Below are positions 1 through 12,600 of a stretch of 64,000 bases of DNA, piece after piece (the first letter of the stretch is position 1; every line of letters starts with the position of its first letter). The stretch comes from Paraspadella gotoi (Eukaryota > Animalia > Chaetognatha), in NCBI GenBank assembly GCA_051294375.1, contig CM119264.1, forward strand, positions 4,739,352 through 4,803,351, written 5' to 3'. The position numbers were made by a program, and so were the translations under genes. A model generated the notes under the pieces. That model was given only the letters and a program-made list of their open reading frames with translations, had not been told where the DNA came from and searched no databases.

Positions 1-163
1 GCTCCATCTCCGATAAGTCTCATTGTCTCGTATTCACAATCTCAGTTTTATTGACTTCATTTTTTGAGGGCTTTTTTCACGTCTTTCACCTGTGTCCGAT
101 TTATCACTTCAGCGTCTTCTTACCATGCTTTTGGCTTTATCACCTCTTTCAACGCCATCTCAC

Positions 164-329
164 CTTGCTTTATCATCTCCTTCAATTCGTCGTCCGTTGC
201 CTCTTGACCCAAAGATCGCATGACGATCTCCAATTCCTTGGAGGTGATGACGCCGTCGCCATCGCGATCGAAGACGGAGAAGGCTTCGCGGAATTCCTCG
301 AGTCGTTCGTCCGTGACGCCCTTCTCCAT
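164..329 (-). CDS. Calmodulin-like EF-hand protein, first coding exon (gene continues past the left edge)
   Basis: [55 protein letters not shown] is EF-hand 1 ([12 protein letters not shown]) plus the calmodulin-type helix. A GTGAG donor follows 164. The sequence is too diverged to be canonical calmodulin. Confidence 0.85.
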
Positions 330-1258
330 CGTCGCGTCGTTTTCGACTTGTCTTTTGTTTTTATCGCTTTGTTTTCCTTTTTTGATGTTTTTTTTTTCAC
401 CAAACGTTATGTTTTGTTGGCGAATTAATTAAGAAAGAGAATTTTACATTTTAGTTACATGTTTTTTTATATTAATATACGTAGACGTAGAATATTTTTT
501 CAGTAATAACGAGACGCTACTGAGAAGGGAAAGATCGATATTTTTTTTTATCCTGTTATCGTGGGAGAGAAACGAGCGAAAGGGAAAGATGAAAATTCTT
601 CTTAGAATTTGAAAAAAGTTAAAAAAAAAAAAAAACAATAGCAGTGGCGCTTTATACCTCCGATCCCGAGACCGTCTCAAAAGATCGATGCTTAATACGT
701 TACACAAGCTCACGAAAATTCGTCTCAAAATGTTGATCTAAGACTAATCGAAGTATATCGAGCGATGGGTTCGTTAATGTAGTTTATATATCGAATCGGG
801 TTTACGTTTTGACCGATCTTTTCTCGCCATTTACCCCCCCCACTTTTTTTTTCTCATTCACATTCTAGATAAAATGTTGATCGACCCATCAGTAAAGTAT
901 TTTTATTTCAGTCGAGCCCTGGCGTATCCAGATAAGGCCTAAGGAATTAAATTAAAACATTTACGTTTGTTGATATATTTTAACATCGTTTTTTCTTCAG
1001 GAGAAACAGTAATGGAAAATGTATTTCTACGTAAACACTGAAAAATAAATATTCATTTTTAATTTCTTTTCCGATTGAGAGCAGTAGTTTTTAAATAATT
1101 GTTTATTTTTTCATAGCTATCGCTTTACAAACAAAACAGTTCAAACTTGTTTATATGACGCTCACCAAAAGTCTCATTTTTCTCACGAATGTTTATCAAA
1201 AGTCCCATTCTGCTTCTTTCTTTGGTTTTTGTTTTGTTTTGTTTTTTTTTCCCACGGA

Positions 1259-3771
1259 TCAAGGACACAACAACTCGTCGAGAAAGTCAGAAACGATATT
1301 CGCCTTCGGAACAAAGAAATCATACGTAAAAATACACTAACTCTCTTTCCCGTGCCCACGATTGAAACTCACCTTTTTCTTAAGTAAGTGCTTGTACCGA
1401 CCGTCGGCGGCGAGGTAGTCTTCGGGCGCGTCGAGCGCGTAAGTCTTGATCCAATCCCGAAGATCGTCTTAACAAAAATTAATTAATATTTAAGAATTAA
1501 TCGTCACATTATTAATGTCACGCCACCCCTTTTTTGCCCCAAACCGTCGACGCGATTGAAGAGGACGCGGCATCCCCACGACACTAGCGCCATCGGTCGC
1601 GCGGCCGAAAGACGACGCGAGGGGGTGATCACGTGGCGTCTCAGACATCCGGTGACGAGTTGGCGCAGACGCTCGACTTCATCAGGGTCGGCGCAAGGGT
1701 GGTACAGGGCGACGATGCCGCCGTGTTCGAGGCTGTGGATCCATCGCTGGGGAGGAATGTACCTTGCGTTGGACGGGGTGGGGGGAGGTTGTAGATCATA
1801 GGGTGCGGTTGAAATATTTTAGCCGCGTAACTTAGCTCAACTTGCAGACAGACCCTCAGTGACCGCCTCCTCTCACAGGCATGTTTAGACCGGATCCGTC
1901 ACATTTAAGCCAGAACCGGGATACCCAGGGATTGAACCCGGGAGGCACGGTTGTAACAGCCATTGAAACGAGGCTGAGGAAGGACAGCAGTGAGGCAGCT
2001 TTAATTCTTGCTGCCACACCATTTAAGTAAGAAGACAGGGATTTCAACATGAAACCAAAGTGGATTTAATAAAATCTCAATAAAATCCACTTTGGTTTCA
2101 TGTTGATTCCATCTTTTCAGTTTCTTGATCTTCTGCAATGACACAACACAAATTATCTGTCGAAACCGACTCAGTTCAAATTTCAACTATTTAACGGCGA
2201 TCAATGATAATTAATCTTAATTAATTAAATTTTTATTGATCGAAAGTTGTACCCACGTAGGGTTACTTTTATTTTCGCTGACCGGGGTAAGGATAGTTTA
2301 GGGGTGGTTTAGGGTAAGGGGTGGTTAGGGTTAAAAGGGTTTAGAGTTAAGGTAATTAAAANNNNNNNNNNAATTAATCTTAATTAAATTTTTATTGATC
2401 GAAAGTTGTACCCACTTTTATTTTCGCTGACCGGGGTAAGGATAGTTTAGGGGTGGTTTAGGGTAAGGGGTGGTTAGGGTTTAGAGTTAAGGTAATTAAA
2501 AAATATTTTTTGTAATTTTTTTTAAAAAATAAGTATTTTTAAGTATTTTTTCAAAAGCCGCCAAAACCGCAGTCGGCGAAAGTAAAATTTAGCCCGAAAG
2601 TAAATATAAAGCAGATCCAAATGTTTATCAAGAGTCTGTGTCCAACACAATCCCTGTTTTCATAGCTTCGTAAATTCCAAGTCTTATCAGTATCTTCTTA
2701 CTTGTACTCCCCATACACCGGCCAGACAGGTCGGTGCAATCCATGAGTCGGAACGATGCCGTCTGGGTATTTAATATCTTCGTCCATACAAGCGTGAAGA
2801 CCTGCGATGACTTAAGTAAGTAAAGTGTGCAAATTGTATGTTATTGTTAGGAAAATCATACCGCCGATCAGTGTGTCTCTTTTGAATTCACAATCGTACT
2901 CGTGATGAAGAGGAAAGGAGGACCAATCCTTGGCGAGGAAAGATCAATATCAAATATCATTTATCTAAATTCTAATAAAGAAAAATGATTATTGATCAGT
3001 TCGCTAAAACTGCCGTTCAGTTTCAAAAATCACAGGTAAAAACAGGTACACGAAGAAATTCTATTTTAATAATTTTTATTCTCAGGTCACATTTCTGATT
3101 TCTTAAGGCATTTTTGTCCAGCCTATGACTCTCTGAAGCAAAATTCTGAGAGAGCTAACATTTCCTGGGAAAATGTTATGATAGTACTATCACACTTTAA
3201 AGTTAAAGCCTCACTAGATCAGCTTTTTCCAACGGAGAGCACTGCGTATTCCAAATGTAGCCTCCTTCGGCGGTCATGTCTATCGCCCACTTTAAATTGC
3301 CGTCGTCACACCCGACCATGGCACCCATCTGATTCGGAAGTTAAGTATTTGTTACCAATGGCAATTAAGGTCCTTAAATTATTAAAAGTATAATTTTTCA
3401 ATATGCTATTTCATTAGTAAATCTGTTGCTGAGAAACGTGATCAGTTTAACGAACCGGAATTTGCTCTGTGATGATCAATCCAGATGATAGCAGTATAAT
3501 CCTAAAATATGTAACGTTAAATTTAATTTGCTAATAAAAACAGCTTTCAACACAGCTTTTTAAAAAATATTAGTCATTCGTTAAAATATTGTAAAACGTG
3601 CTTTTTTACAAAGCTGTTTAGTTTCGTAAAATTAATTTTAACTGTCAAAAAAGGAACTTATTAATTTCTTTTTTCGTTTCTATATACCTTAATTTTACGA
3701 TTCGCGAGTCTTTGGATCTAACATTTTACTTACCACTTTGTAATCGTTACACTTAAATTGCGATGGGCCAT
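1259..3771 (-). CDS. TP53I13-like / DUF3105-domain secreted protein, 8 exons
   Basis: Phase-consistent exons 3771-3734, 3501-3456, 3328-3215, 2928-2862, 2801-2702, 1762-1545, 1467-1373 and 1303-1259. They give MAHRNLSVTITKWIILLSSGLIITEQIPMGAMVGCDDG...HACMDEDIKYPDGIVPTHGLHRPVWPVYGEYKYIPPQRWIHSLEHGGIVALYHPC...RHVITP...ALVSWGC...APEDYLAADGRYKHLLKKKANIVSDFLDELLCP*. The HRPxWPxYGEY, PQRWxHxLEHG and YHPC motifs match the TP53I13/DUF3105 family as recalled. The ORF track misses this gene. Confidence 0.8.
1820..2020 (-). mobile_element. tRNA-SINE-like / Pol III-promoter element, copy 1
   Basis: Begins TGTGGCAG with a GGCAGC/GCTGCC hairpin and has a B-box-like GGTTCAATCC. It shares GGAGGCG(G)TCACTGAGGGTC with the copy at 38149. 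Confidence 0.5.
2259..2595. mobile_element. MITE-like element with telomere-like (TTAGGG-variant) core, partly duplicated across a 10-N gap
   Basis: Ends are GGGTTACTTTTATTTTCGCTGACC and GTCGGCGAAAGTAAAATTTAGCCC, with internal TTTAGGG/GTTAGGG repeats. The same family occurs at 53817-54209 and 58924-59070. Confidence 0.65.
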
Positions 3772-4346
3772 TTTTGAAACATCAATTTTATTCAGTCATT
3801 TTTTAGGATGATGAACTAACAATCATTAACTAAAATAAAGCAGAATTTTAAAGAAACTTAGATAAGAGAGTCACGGCTATCACGACCAGTCAACTGACGC
3901 TTGGCACTCCCTTAAAGCAGACATACGCCATGTAATCAAAAACTGTGTAGGAACGACAGTATCCATGAGTTCGGTTAAAAAATTTTCAGAGATATTTTTA
4001 GTGAAAATTTCTTTTGATTGGTCTTGATATTTTATTGTAATTTTTTCGGATTCCCAAATTGGGCATTGGATCTCACAACACGCAACCATAGAGGGTAAAT
4101 AAAAGATACAGCCCCGATTTAACAAACTCAAAAAGTTAAAATCGATTCGAATTTTCAAGTCTCGCGTTCACGAAATGTTCTAGCAATATCCTCGAAACGT
4201 CGCCGAAAAATTCGAGGCTAAAAAAGGCGACAAAACGAATCGCAGCTACCGAAAAAATCAACCGGGGACGAAAACCAAAAGTCTCTCGACCGAAAAAATC
4301 AAATACAACCGAAAAAGTTGAATGAATGGAGACTCCATGAAGGAGC

Positions 4347-5315
4347 ATGGAGGGTGTCGTCAAGATCAGCTCGCGCGGAGACAGCGCCGAGAGCGGGAAG
4401 GGCAAACGAGACGGGCGTCGCAAAGGGGGGAAGGATAGCGACACCTACCGGGCCGGATCGAAACATCCGGCGTCGGAGAAAGATGATGACGAGGGTAGAA
4501 AATCGTCGACCGAGAAAATCCGATCGGCGAAGGCGGCAAAATTGCCGGATGGAGGGTCGAAGTTGGGCGGGAAAGTAGAAGCTCCGGAAAACGCACCGAA
4601 AACGAAGCCGGGCGAAGGAAATGAAAAGACGGAAGGCGATCCGCCGGAAAAGGATGAGATAGGGTTGTATTACATCAGCTCCGCCGAAGTGGCCACCTTC
4701 AACACCAACGACGACAATAGAAAAAGCGAAGACGACGGCGAAGGGTGACGACGATGCCTTTGAATGAACGTTGTGCCACTGACTTTACCTTAATCGGGCC
4801 GCCTGACCTCTCAAATCCCCCCACCCCAACATTCTCCCCGAATGGCGTTGAAGAAATGAGAGCGACATGTACGACGCTCCGGAAGTAAAGCCTTACGTCG
4901 TCTCCAACGATTGTCGCGACATCGTCGTCGACGAGAAATCAGACAACGAACTCGAAGACACGGAATCAGATTTGGCGGTAAAATAGGATTTGGACACCTT
5001 TTCTCATTGTGCAAACAAATCTCGAGGAACAATTGATAAGCGAGCGATGAAATTTAGGGATTAGAGGAAGACAAATCAATATACACTTCCAGGATAGGTA
5101 TAGACGAGTTAAAAGCAATTCTATCTATTCTACTTATTTATCACCAGGACGACGACAGCACTTCCCTGGACGAATCAGAGAGCGAGATGGAGTTGGATTT
5201 TGAGGAAGAGATGCACATTCGAAAAATGATGGAGAAGTCGCGGATGGATGAGAGTGACGAATCCGTTAACTCTTTCGTCCAATTTTGGTCGCGTTGTCTT
5301 CGGTGCTTTCAATAA
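4347..5315 (+). CDS. Putative orphan charged/disordered protein, about 3 exons, divergent from the TP53I13-like gene
   Basis: Exons ~4347-4744, ~4854-4977 and 5148-5315 join in phase (MEGVVKISS...DDGEG/NESDMYDAPEV...ESDLA/DDDSTSLDESES...WSRCLRCFQ*). Composition is GC-rich and exon-like. No domain was recognised. Confidence 0.4.
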
Positions 5316-6692
5316 CGGCTCTTCCCCGATAAAATAAAACGACAAACCAGGAATATTTTTGAAAACTTTGATTACGTTTCTATACAAAAACAAGTCGCTG
5401 CGTAATAATATTAATATTTAATTTCTTTATTTTTTTATTACAACTATCCGCATCGTCATAAAAAAGAAAAAAAAAATGTTTAAAAAATTATGAAGCAATT
5501 GTTTGTGCTTCCTGGGCACCTCTATAAATTTTGTGATCACCCACAGTCCGCGTTCTTCTTTCCACTTCGGATTGTTTTAAAGTCAGTAAGTTGGCAATTT
5601 TTTTGAAGAAAAAACTAAACTCGTAAACTCGACCAATTTTTCTGATCGTGCTCGCGCAACTACTCCTGAGAATAACTAAGTTAATAAACCAAGAGGAGTA
5701 TGTTTGTATAATGTGCAAGTTTTATTGAATGTAAAAACTGTATACCTAAAGTTTAAAATGTATAAAATCTACATGGCGTATCAGAATTGAAACATAATTT
5801 TTAGCACATTAAAAAACTATATCGAATTCATATTTAAGCATCGGGATAGTCGTGGACTAGAAATAAAAATTGACATTGAGCTAAAACTGACGTTTTAACT
5901 GTGCAATAAAAAATACGAAACACCTCGCAGATCACAGTAATAAGAAAATGAGAAATCTTTTTGAAACGGTGAGTTCCATAACGAAAGCATATTTATTATT
6001 TAGACAATATGTATTCCCCGATCACAAACGTGACCAGTTATCCCGTTCAATTAATATATTATTTTTGCTAGTATGCAAAAGCATTTGAAAGTCGAATTTT
6101 ACACACAGAAGAAGGTGGCTTAAAAACAGATCTTTTCAAGCTTCCAACACCCGAAAAAGAAAAAAAGAAAAAAAAGAAAAAGAAAAAAAAGAACATCGCC
6201 GGACGTTTTTCGACGAAGCCCACGATGAAGTGAGAACGTATAATGCAAGATATTGATCGACGGAGAATTGAGTAGATGAAGAATGTCAATTTTTGAAAGA
6301 ACGAGCGTAACCATTTTTTTTAAAAATTGTTGTCAACCTTGACAGGTTTTGAAAAGTTAAAAGCAGAAATAATTAACTTATTTTGTCATATAAAGTGGAA
6401 TGGTTTAAGTTAGGAACGACGAGGGAAGATGAGCGAGGAACAAGCGAATGACCCCCCCCCCAAAAAAAAAGTGGCATTCTTCTTCATATTTCTTCTTCAC
6501 GTCGATCAATCGAAGTTTGTATATGAAGTTATCATCCAACATGCTGTGAAACTCACCCGCCCCACCCCACCCAGCAGTTTCGACCCCGCACAGTTCCAAG
6601 GCCAGACACGTACTAAAAAATAAGGAATAGTAAGAAATACTACTGTAGTAGATAGAGTCAGTAAGACTAACAACGACGACGACATCTTCCTT

Positions 6693-9600
6693 TCAAGCGA
6701 TGATCATCGGAGGTTCGTCGTTGAAGGCGAAGGCGTTGATGACGGGCGCCTCGTCGTCCCCGAGCATCGCGTCGTCGTCCTCGTTCTGTCGCCGCGTGAT
6801 GGCGCTGTTCCTCTCGTTGTTTAATTGTTCGTCGGTGACGTCGAGACCCGCCGGTGAGGGGGCGTCTTCTTCGTTGGCGACTGCCTCTCGCGGCGACGTC
6901 AAAAAGGCTTGGAAAGGCTGGTAGTCGGTCTCCTCGGATCCGATCTCGTCTATGGGCTCGTCCACGTCGTCCAAGAGGCCGACCTCGTCGTCTCGCCGGG
7001 AAGACGCACCGTTGCGTCGGAGCCACGAATCCGAGCGCCGATCGTTGTTGTTATTGTTGTGGGCGCGACGGCCGCCGCGGCGGACGTTGACTTCCTCCGC
7101 GGCGCCGCCAACGTCGCCGTTCTCGTTGCTTAGGAACGTAACGCCGCGCCGGTCGTACATTGACTGATGAAGGCGCTCGAGAGAGGCTTCGAGTCGCTTC
7201 TGGCGCCGTCGATACAACAGCACCAGCAGGAGGCAGATGCCGAGGGCGACGGCGATGAGAATTCCGCCGACGATCGCCGCAGGTTTGTTGATGTTGATCG
7301 TACCAGGCGGCGCCATTGGCGGGCGGCCTCTCGGCGCCGTGTAGACGAGGGCGCGGGACTTTTTACCGAAATGGACGCCGTCGGCGGAGCGGACTGAGAC
7401 GCGAAACCAATAACTGTGCTCGGGACGGAAATCCGCGAAGTAAAAGTGGGTCAGGTTGGTGACCTTAATGACCCGGAAATCGGGCACGTGGTCGTTCTCG
7501 TCGGGCGCTTTGTGATCCTTCCAAACGGCATAGAGGGCCTCGTCAGGAGAGACGACGTCGGGCCGCTCCCACTCGAGCAAGATGGCCCGGCCCGCCGAGT
7601 CCACTTTCAAAAGGTTGAAGCCTTTGGGAGACTCCATCGGCGGGAAGCGGACGCGAACGACCTCTGAATATCGCGAGTCGTGGGTGTTGGTCCTAACGGA
7701 GAAATAATAGAGGGCGCCCCGGACGAGATTTTTGTGTAGCAGAAGAGAAGTCTGGACTTTGTCGCTAGGGTAAAGCTGTGGAAAGTAGGACTGGTGACGG
7801 TCGTCCGTGACGTTCACGACGTAGGTGACGTTGCGCATTCCCTCGTTCAAGTCGCAAGGCGCCGTCCAGGAGAACCTGATGCCCTCATCGACGATCTTGA
7901 CGACGGGGCGTTTGGGAGGCGCCGTTAGGTCGGAATGCGTGGTTTCAATCACGCTGGCGTAGGGTCCCTCACCGAGGGGCGCAACAAGCCGAACCTGAGA
8001 AGAAATATCGCTATTCACAAATTTCGAAGAACTCCTGTTATACTCGGCTGTGAAAAATTGATATTAATGTTTAACACTTTCTGAAAACTAAATCTATTGA
8101 CTTTCTTTTCGGTTTACAATAACCATTGTATAGAAATTCGCACCTGAACGATGTAATCCTCGCAGGCTAACAAATCGGGAATGACGAAGGAAGTAGATTT
8201 GGTCGTCGCGCGTTTCCTTCCCGAACCCAATTTGAGTCCCCAAGAGACTTCGTAGACCCAAGGCCGCAGAGTACTGATCGCCATCCAAGTGACGTTGTAG
8301 GTGGTCCCCTTGACTAAGGTGATATTGAGATTTCTCGGCGCTTCCAACGCCTCGCCGCGCGTCTGGATCTCTTTAGAAGCGTCCGGCCCTAAGCCACGCT
8401 CGTTGAAACAGGCGACCATGACGGTGTAGAAAGTCCTGCTGGTGAGTCCCCCGATAACGAACTCGGTTCCGCTCACGTTGGCGGCCTTCATCACCGCGGG
8501 GCCGATGGTGGGCACCCAAGAGACGAGATAGCCAGCAACGGGCTCCTTGGGCTTGGCCCAGGTGACCAAGATGCTCGTTTCGTTGTCGGATCTGAGTTCG
8601 AGATTCGTGGGTGCGGAGAGAACGTTGGAGTCTAGGGTGAACGTGATCTGATCGCAGATCATCCCTAGCACGGTCGTACGGGCGGCCACCCAGATCAAAT
8701 ATTCTTTTCCTTCATCGAGATGGGTCAGATTTACAGAAAGAGACGTCTCCGATCCAGTCACCGCCACCTGGCGTTCGTGGGGGAACTTCTGACCGTTTTT
8801 CCTCTTATAATAAACGACGTAGGCGCTGATGCGGCCATTGGGCTGGCTGGGGCGATTCCACATGACTCGCGCCACCCAGCGATACGCCTCGCTCGAACTT
8901 GCTTTGACGCTGACCGCTCTCAGGTTGAGAGGCGCAGAGGGCGCCGCCGCCGCCGTCTGCACCCGAAGAAACCGAGCCGGGTAACCTAGCACTTTTTTCC
9001 CGCCGATGGTGGGAACGACTGCGATGGACACGATATACAACGTGCCCGGCTTGAGATTATCCAAAGTGGCGCTAGTCTCCGATGAATCTAACAGATTTTT
9101 AAAATCTTTTTCGTTACTCGCTCGATACCGGAGACGGTACTCGACCTTCGTGGCGGCGGTAACTTCGACCGCCGGCCACTTGACGGCGAATCCGTGAGCG
9201 GTGACGCTGTCCGCATGTCCCCTGACACGCCCCGTGCAGTTGGATTCGTCCGTCTGGTCGATGCAGTCGATGACGCCGTCGCAGACTTGCTCGAAACTCA
9301 GGCAAAACTCTTTGTCTTGGCAGCTCCATTCGCAGGGGACGAGGGGCGTGCCCGTCGGGGGATTACCCGTGGCGCAGGACCACTCGTCCGAGGAGTCGCT
9401 GCAGTCGGGGTCTCCGTCGCAAACGTATCTGAGATTGGAAAGGGTAAAAATTATAAAAGCAATATGCTAGAAATTGTGGAAAATTACATTGCCTTTAGTA
9501 ATAAGTAGCAACAATAAAATTATTAAAGAGTAAAATATAAAATAGTATAAAATAGTTTAAATACAATTTTAAGGTCTAAAACAACGCCATTAGCGACATC

Positions 9601-12600
9601 TACAAATACTAAATTTTTGTGAATTAATATTTCCGCAAAAATGGAGGAAAATAAACGGCGGAAAGCGGCCTCACCCCCTAGAATCTAGATACCTTTTGAC
9701 GACGCAACCGAGACTCTCGACGCAAGAGAATTCGTCGGGGGCGCAAGTGTGGGCGACGGATGTGGGACACTCGACCTCGTCTCGTCCGTTGCCGCAATCG
9801 TCTTCGCCGTCGCAGACCCACGACTCGTAGATGCAAGTCTGGGTGTCGTTGGTGCCAGCGCTTTCGCAATCGAACATGTAGCTGGGACAGGCGGAGGACG
9901 TCGTGGTGGGCGGAGACCACGTGGTGGGCCTGGGCGTGGTCCCGTTTAAGACGCAATCCCACTCGTCAGAGTTGTCGCCGCAATCGTTGACGCCGTCGCA
10001 GCGCCAGTTGAAAAGCACGCAGTTTCCGTTGCTGAGGAGAAAGAGGGGAGAGAAAAGTGGAGGAAAAAGAACGTTTTACAGAACAATTTTTAAAAGTTTG
10101 TTTTCAAACGAATTCTATATTTTTTAATCTTTAATTATGTAAGATAAAATATGACTAGTTTCACTGTTATTTCGTTGCGTTTGAAATTAGAATGAAGTGA
10201 AATTGTTTATTTTGTTTACAGACAACGAATTTATTTTCTCCTTGAAAATAAAAACAAATTCGTTGTCTGTAAATAAAATAAACAATTCACTCAATTCTGA
10301 CTAGTTTCACGAATGCGGTTTTTTTTTGGGTTATATATGTTAAAAGAAAAGAATAAAAAAAGTGAAAGAAAGACGAACCCGCAAGAAAACTCAATATTTC
10401 GACACTTGAAGGGCGCCTCAGTGGGAGTAGGAATTGCAGTGGTCGGTTCCAGGGTAGTCATGGTGCAATTCTCCTCGTCACTGGCGTCGGTGCAGTCTGC
10501 GTCTCCGTCGCAGCGCCAAGATTTGAAGATGCAACGCGAGTCGTTGTGGCATTTGAACTGCCATTGGTTGCAGGCCCGCGGTTGGCAGCCTACCTCGTCG
10601 GATCCGTCCAAGCAGTCGCGTTCACCGTCGCAGCGCCAGCGCATTGGGACGCAGGGCCTATTTGATGATTAAAGAAATTAGTTACATTCGTAATCCCTTA
10701 CTCACAATACCCCTTCCCACCCTAGCGAAAATAATTTATGAATATATTTTTTCCAATAATTATAAAAGATTAAAACCTGTTCTCGATATCGACTGGGATC
10801 TTAAAAGCGAAAGAAAACGAAAGCCAACGAGCCATTTGAAATTCAAGTTTACTAGTTTAGATTTAATCGAAAAAGAACTACTACTACGTCGACGGTGTTA
10901 TAATCAAGTTGAAGTATAAAAACCCTCTATTGTTTTCTAAAGTCTAAAATATATTAAAGTTTTACCGCGGGCCGTTTATTAAATATTGCTATCAATGACA
11001 ATGACAGAATTAGAACAATCTTACGGATTATTCCAGATCCCGACTATATAATCAACTTTGTCGGATCGTCGGTCCGCCTCCTTAATCTTGTCGAATGTCG
11101 ATCATTCACTTAAATCATGTCAGAATATCAAATTATGATAAATTATGCGATGTGAAAATCTCAAATCCTAAGCCGACGAAAAAGAAAGAAAAAAATATAC
11201 TGAGAAATTAAGCAAAAAAAATTATATCCGTCCGTCCGTTTGTCCCACCTTAGCATTAAACTCCAATTACTTGTGATAAGAACGAAATTTTGTGTGTGGG
11301 TAGGAAACGTGTGATAGAGCTGGATATAAAGTTGCGAAGGAATCGTGCAAGTGGAAATGAGTTTAAATGGAAAAAACATAGGTCACATTTACTTGAATCT
11401 TTTTAGTAATTTTAACCCATAATTACTCAAATTAATCATAATTGGATGGATACATTGAGATGAAATTTTGTGTGGTAGGATAGTGTGTGATTGAGCAGGA
11501 TATAAAGCTACGATGGAATCGAGGAGTGGAAATTTCAGTTAGGGTCACAAATTTAAAGAATTATCGTGATTAATAATCTGATTAGCTGATTACCGCTTCA
11601 TTATTCGTAGGCAGATCCGACATTGTTTGGTCAAACTTGTTCAAAACAATAACATATGTTTTAGTTTGAATTTCAGTATTCAGCTATTCTTTCAACTTTA
11701 ATTTTCGAGCTTACACGCTTTCAAAGGCCAATATTACGAACCTGCCGTTGCGCGGACATGAAAATTCCGAAGAGGAGCAAGTGGCGTTAGGCTGGACGGA
11801 AGGCGGGATGGTTGTGACGTTATAATAACAGTCGCGCTCGTCGCTGTTGTCGTGACAATCGTCATCGAAGTCACAAACCCAATCTCGATTGATGCAGCGT
11901 TTATTGTGACACCTAAAAACAATAGATTTTGAAAAAAACGTAAATAATAATATCTTTCAATTCATAAAAAAGAAACAACTGCAAGAACAACTCACATGAA
12001 CATCGTTGGCGGGCAAGTCTTATCCTCGCAATACAGTTCGTCGCTCCCATCCGAACAGTCCTCGTCCCCGTCACACCTCCACCTCTCAACGATGCATCTG
12101 CCCGTGTCGTTACACTTGAAGTGGTGGGGTCCGCAGGTGTGCTCCGGGCACCCGACTTCGTCGCTCATGTCCCCGCAGTCGTTATCTCTGTCGCATCTCC
12201 ACGAGAGTGGAATGCAGCGCTTCCTAGAGGCGCAAGCGAACTGGCGCTTAACGTCGCAGGTGTTGTTGGCGAATTTGCAGGTGCCATCGACGAAGGTCTG
12301 TCCTGGCTCGCAGAGGCATTCCTCGCTTCCGTTGGCGAGTCTTCGGCGCTCAAGGCCGTTGGGACAGAGACAAGTGTAGTTGGTCCTCGAGCGAGAAAAC
12401 CAGCGGCCACCGCTCATCGGCATCTCCACACAAAGAGCTTGGCAAGGACGAGAAGAGCAGGTGTTGTTGCCCGATTGGGCCGTCAGGTGCAACACCTTCA
12501 GATCCATGATGCCTCTGAGATGAGAGCGAACGACGCGAGATCGAGTCCCGCTAATCTTGTCTGCGGAAACGACGGACTGTCGCGCCCAGTCGGTCCAATA

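Noticed and set aside
1929-1942. tRNA gene suggested by the B-box (also at 18679)
   Set aside because: No cloverleaf can be formed around either site, so they are treated as SINE-like.
2208-2500. Tandem duplication either side of 10 Ns
   Set aside because: Most likely overlapping contig ends or haplotype duplication at a scaffold gap.
3880-4158. 92-aa minus-strand ORF as the first exon of the TP53I13-like gene
   Set aside because: A better signal-peptide start was found at 3771, and this ORF has no usable motif or donor.
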